Below are positions 63,310 through 64,000 of a stretch of DNA of 64,000 nt, piece after piece (position 1 is the stretch's first letter; each line of letters starts with the position of its first letter). The position numbers and the translations under genes are program-made. This DNA is from Mobula hypostoma (taxonomy: Eukaryota). The stretch covers positions 33,048,001 to 33,112,000 of the forward strand of contig NC_086109.1 in assembly GCF_963921235.1 (NCBI RefSeq), in the 5' to 3' direction. Below the pieces are notes generated by a model. It was given only the letters and a program-made list of their open reading frames with translations, searched no databases and was not told the origin of the DNA.

Positions 63310-64000
63310 TAGAGTCACAGAATCATACAGCACAGAAACAGATCTTTGGCCCAACTGGTTAATGCCTCCAAGCTAATCCCATGTGCCTGCAATTAGCTAA
63401 TAAGCTTTGAAACATTCCCTATCCATGTAGCTGTCCAATGGTCTTCGAAATGTTCTTACTGCACCTGCCTCAGCCACTTCCTCTGACAGCTGATTCCACA
63501 TACAGTACATACCACCCTCGGTGGGGGACAAAAGAATTCCCCTCATGTTTTTATTAAGTCTTTCCCCTTTCACCCTAAGCCTATGCCTTCTAGTTCTTGG
63601 TTCCCCATCCCTGGGAAAAGAAAGACTGAGTGCATTCACCCTAATTATGCCCCTCATAAATATTTATTGAGGACCTTGCTCATCATCTTCATCTCTACAT
63701 ATACAGTAGCAACCCAGTTTAGTCTTTGAAAGGCTCTATCCTCTCCCTAGTTATTCTTTTCCCTTAGTGTACTTATAAAATATCTGGATTCTCCTTAATA
63801 TTATCTCTCAAAGTCATCTCGTACTCTTGTTATTGCCGCCAAATAAAATATCCTTCTTGAGAACACTCCTACACCTCCTTCTTGCCTCTAGGGATTCACT
63901 TGATCCCAGTGTGCCTGCATCTGACCTATGCCTCCTTTCTCCTGGCCAGTCCACAATTTCTCATTACTTCAGTCTTCCATATCCAGGAAGAACCACCCCA
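63310..64000 (-). mobile_element. Decayed CR1 fragments
   Basis: RTRRHRLRVKGER...WNQLSEEVAEAG and a 3' UTR; further ORF2-like remnant runs to the window end. Confidence 0.7.

Overview
Eukaryotic (vertebrate) genomic DNA, largely decayed transposable elements. The repeat repertoire suggests a cartilaginous fish, probably a ray; this is inference only. One host gene is supported: a minus-strand peptidase inhibitor 16-like (pi16, CAP superfamily) gene. Four exons (35610-35458, 29875-29657, 24175-24066, 23806-23718) splice in frame with canonical GT/AG sites into a 190-aa signal peptide + CAP domain + Cys-rich hinge, with a TATA box and CpG-rich promoter. Downstream lie candidate symmetric phase-1 micro-exons (57, 21, 21 and 24 nt, plus an ambiguous 15/29 nt one) that would build a Ser/Thr/Pro/Gly-rich stalk; the gene probably continues past position 1. 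The rest is CR1, Rex1/Babar, RTE, L1, Nimb/I-clade, Penelope-like, Gypsy, solo-LTR, Tigger and SINE copies, many delimited by exact target-site duplications. Most notable: the micro-exon series; two different Nimb-like LINEs stacked at one target site inside a solo LTR; a predicted HDV-like ribozyme at the exact 5' end of an RTE-related non-autonomous element; hammerhead motifs in inverted Penelope pLTRs; and a four-level nested TE cluster upstream of the gene. No prokaryotic system or CRISPR array is present. TE boundaries without a TSD are approximate.
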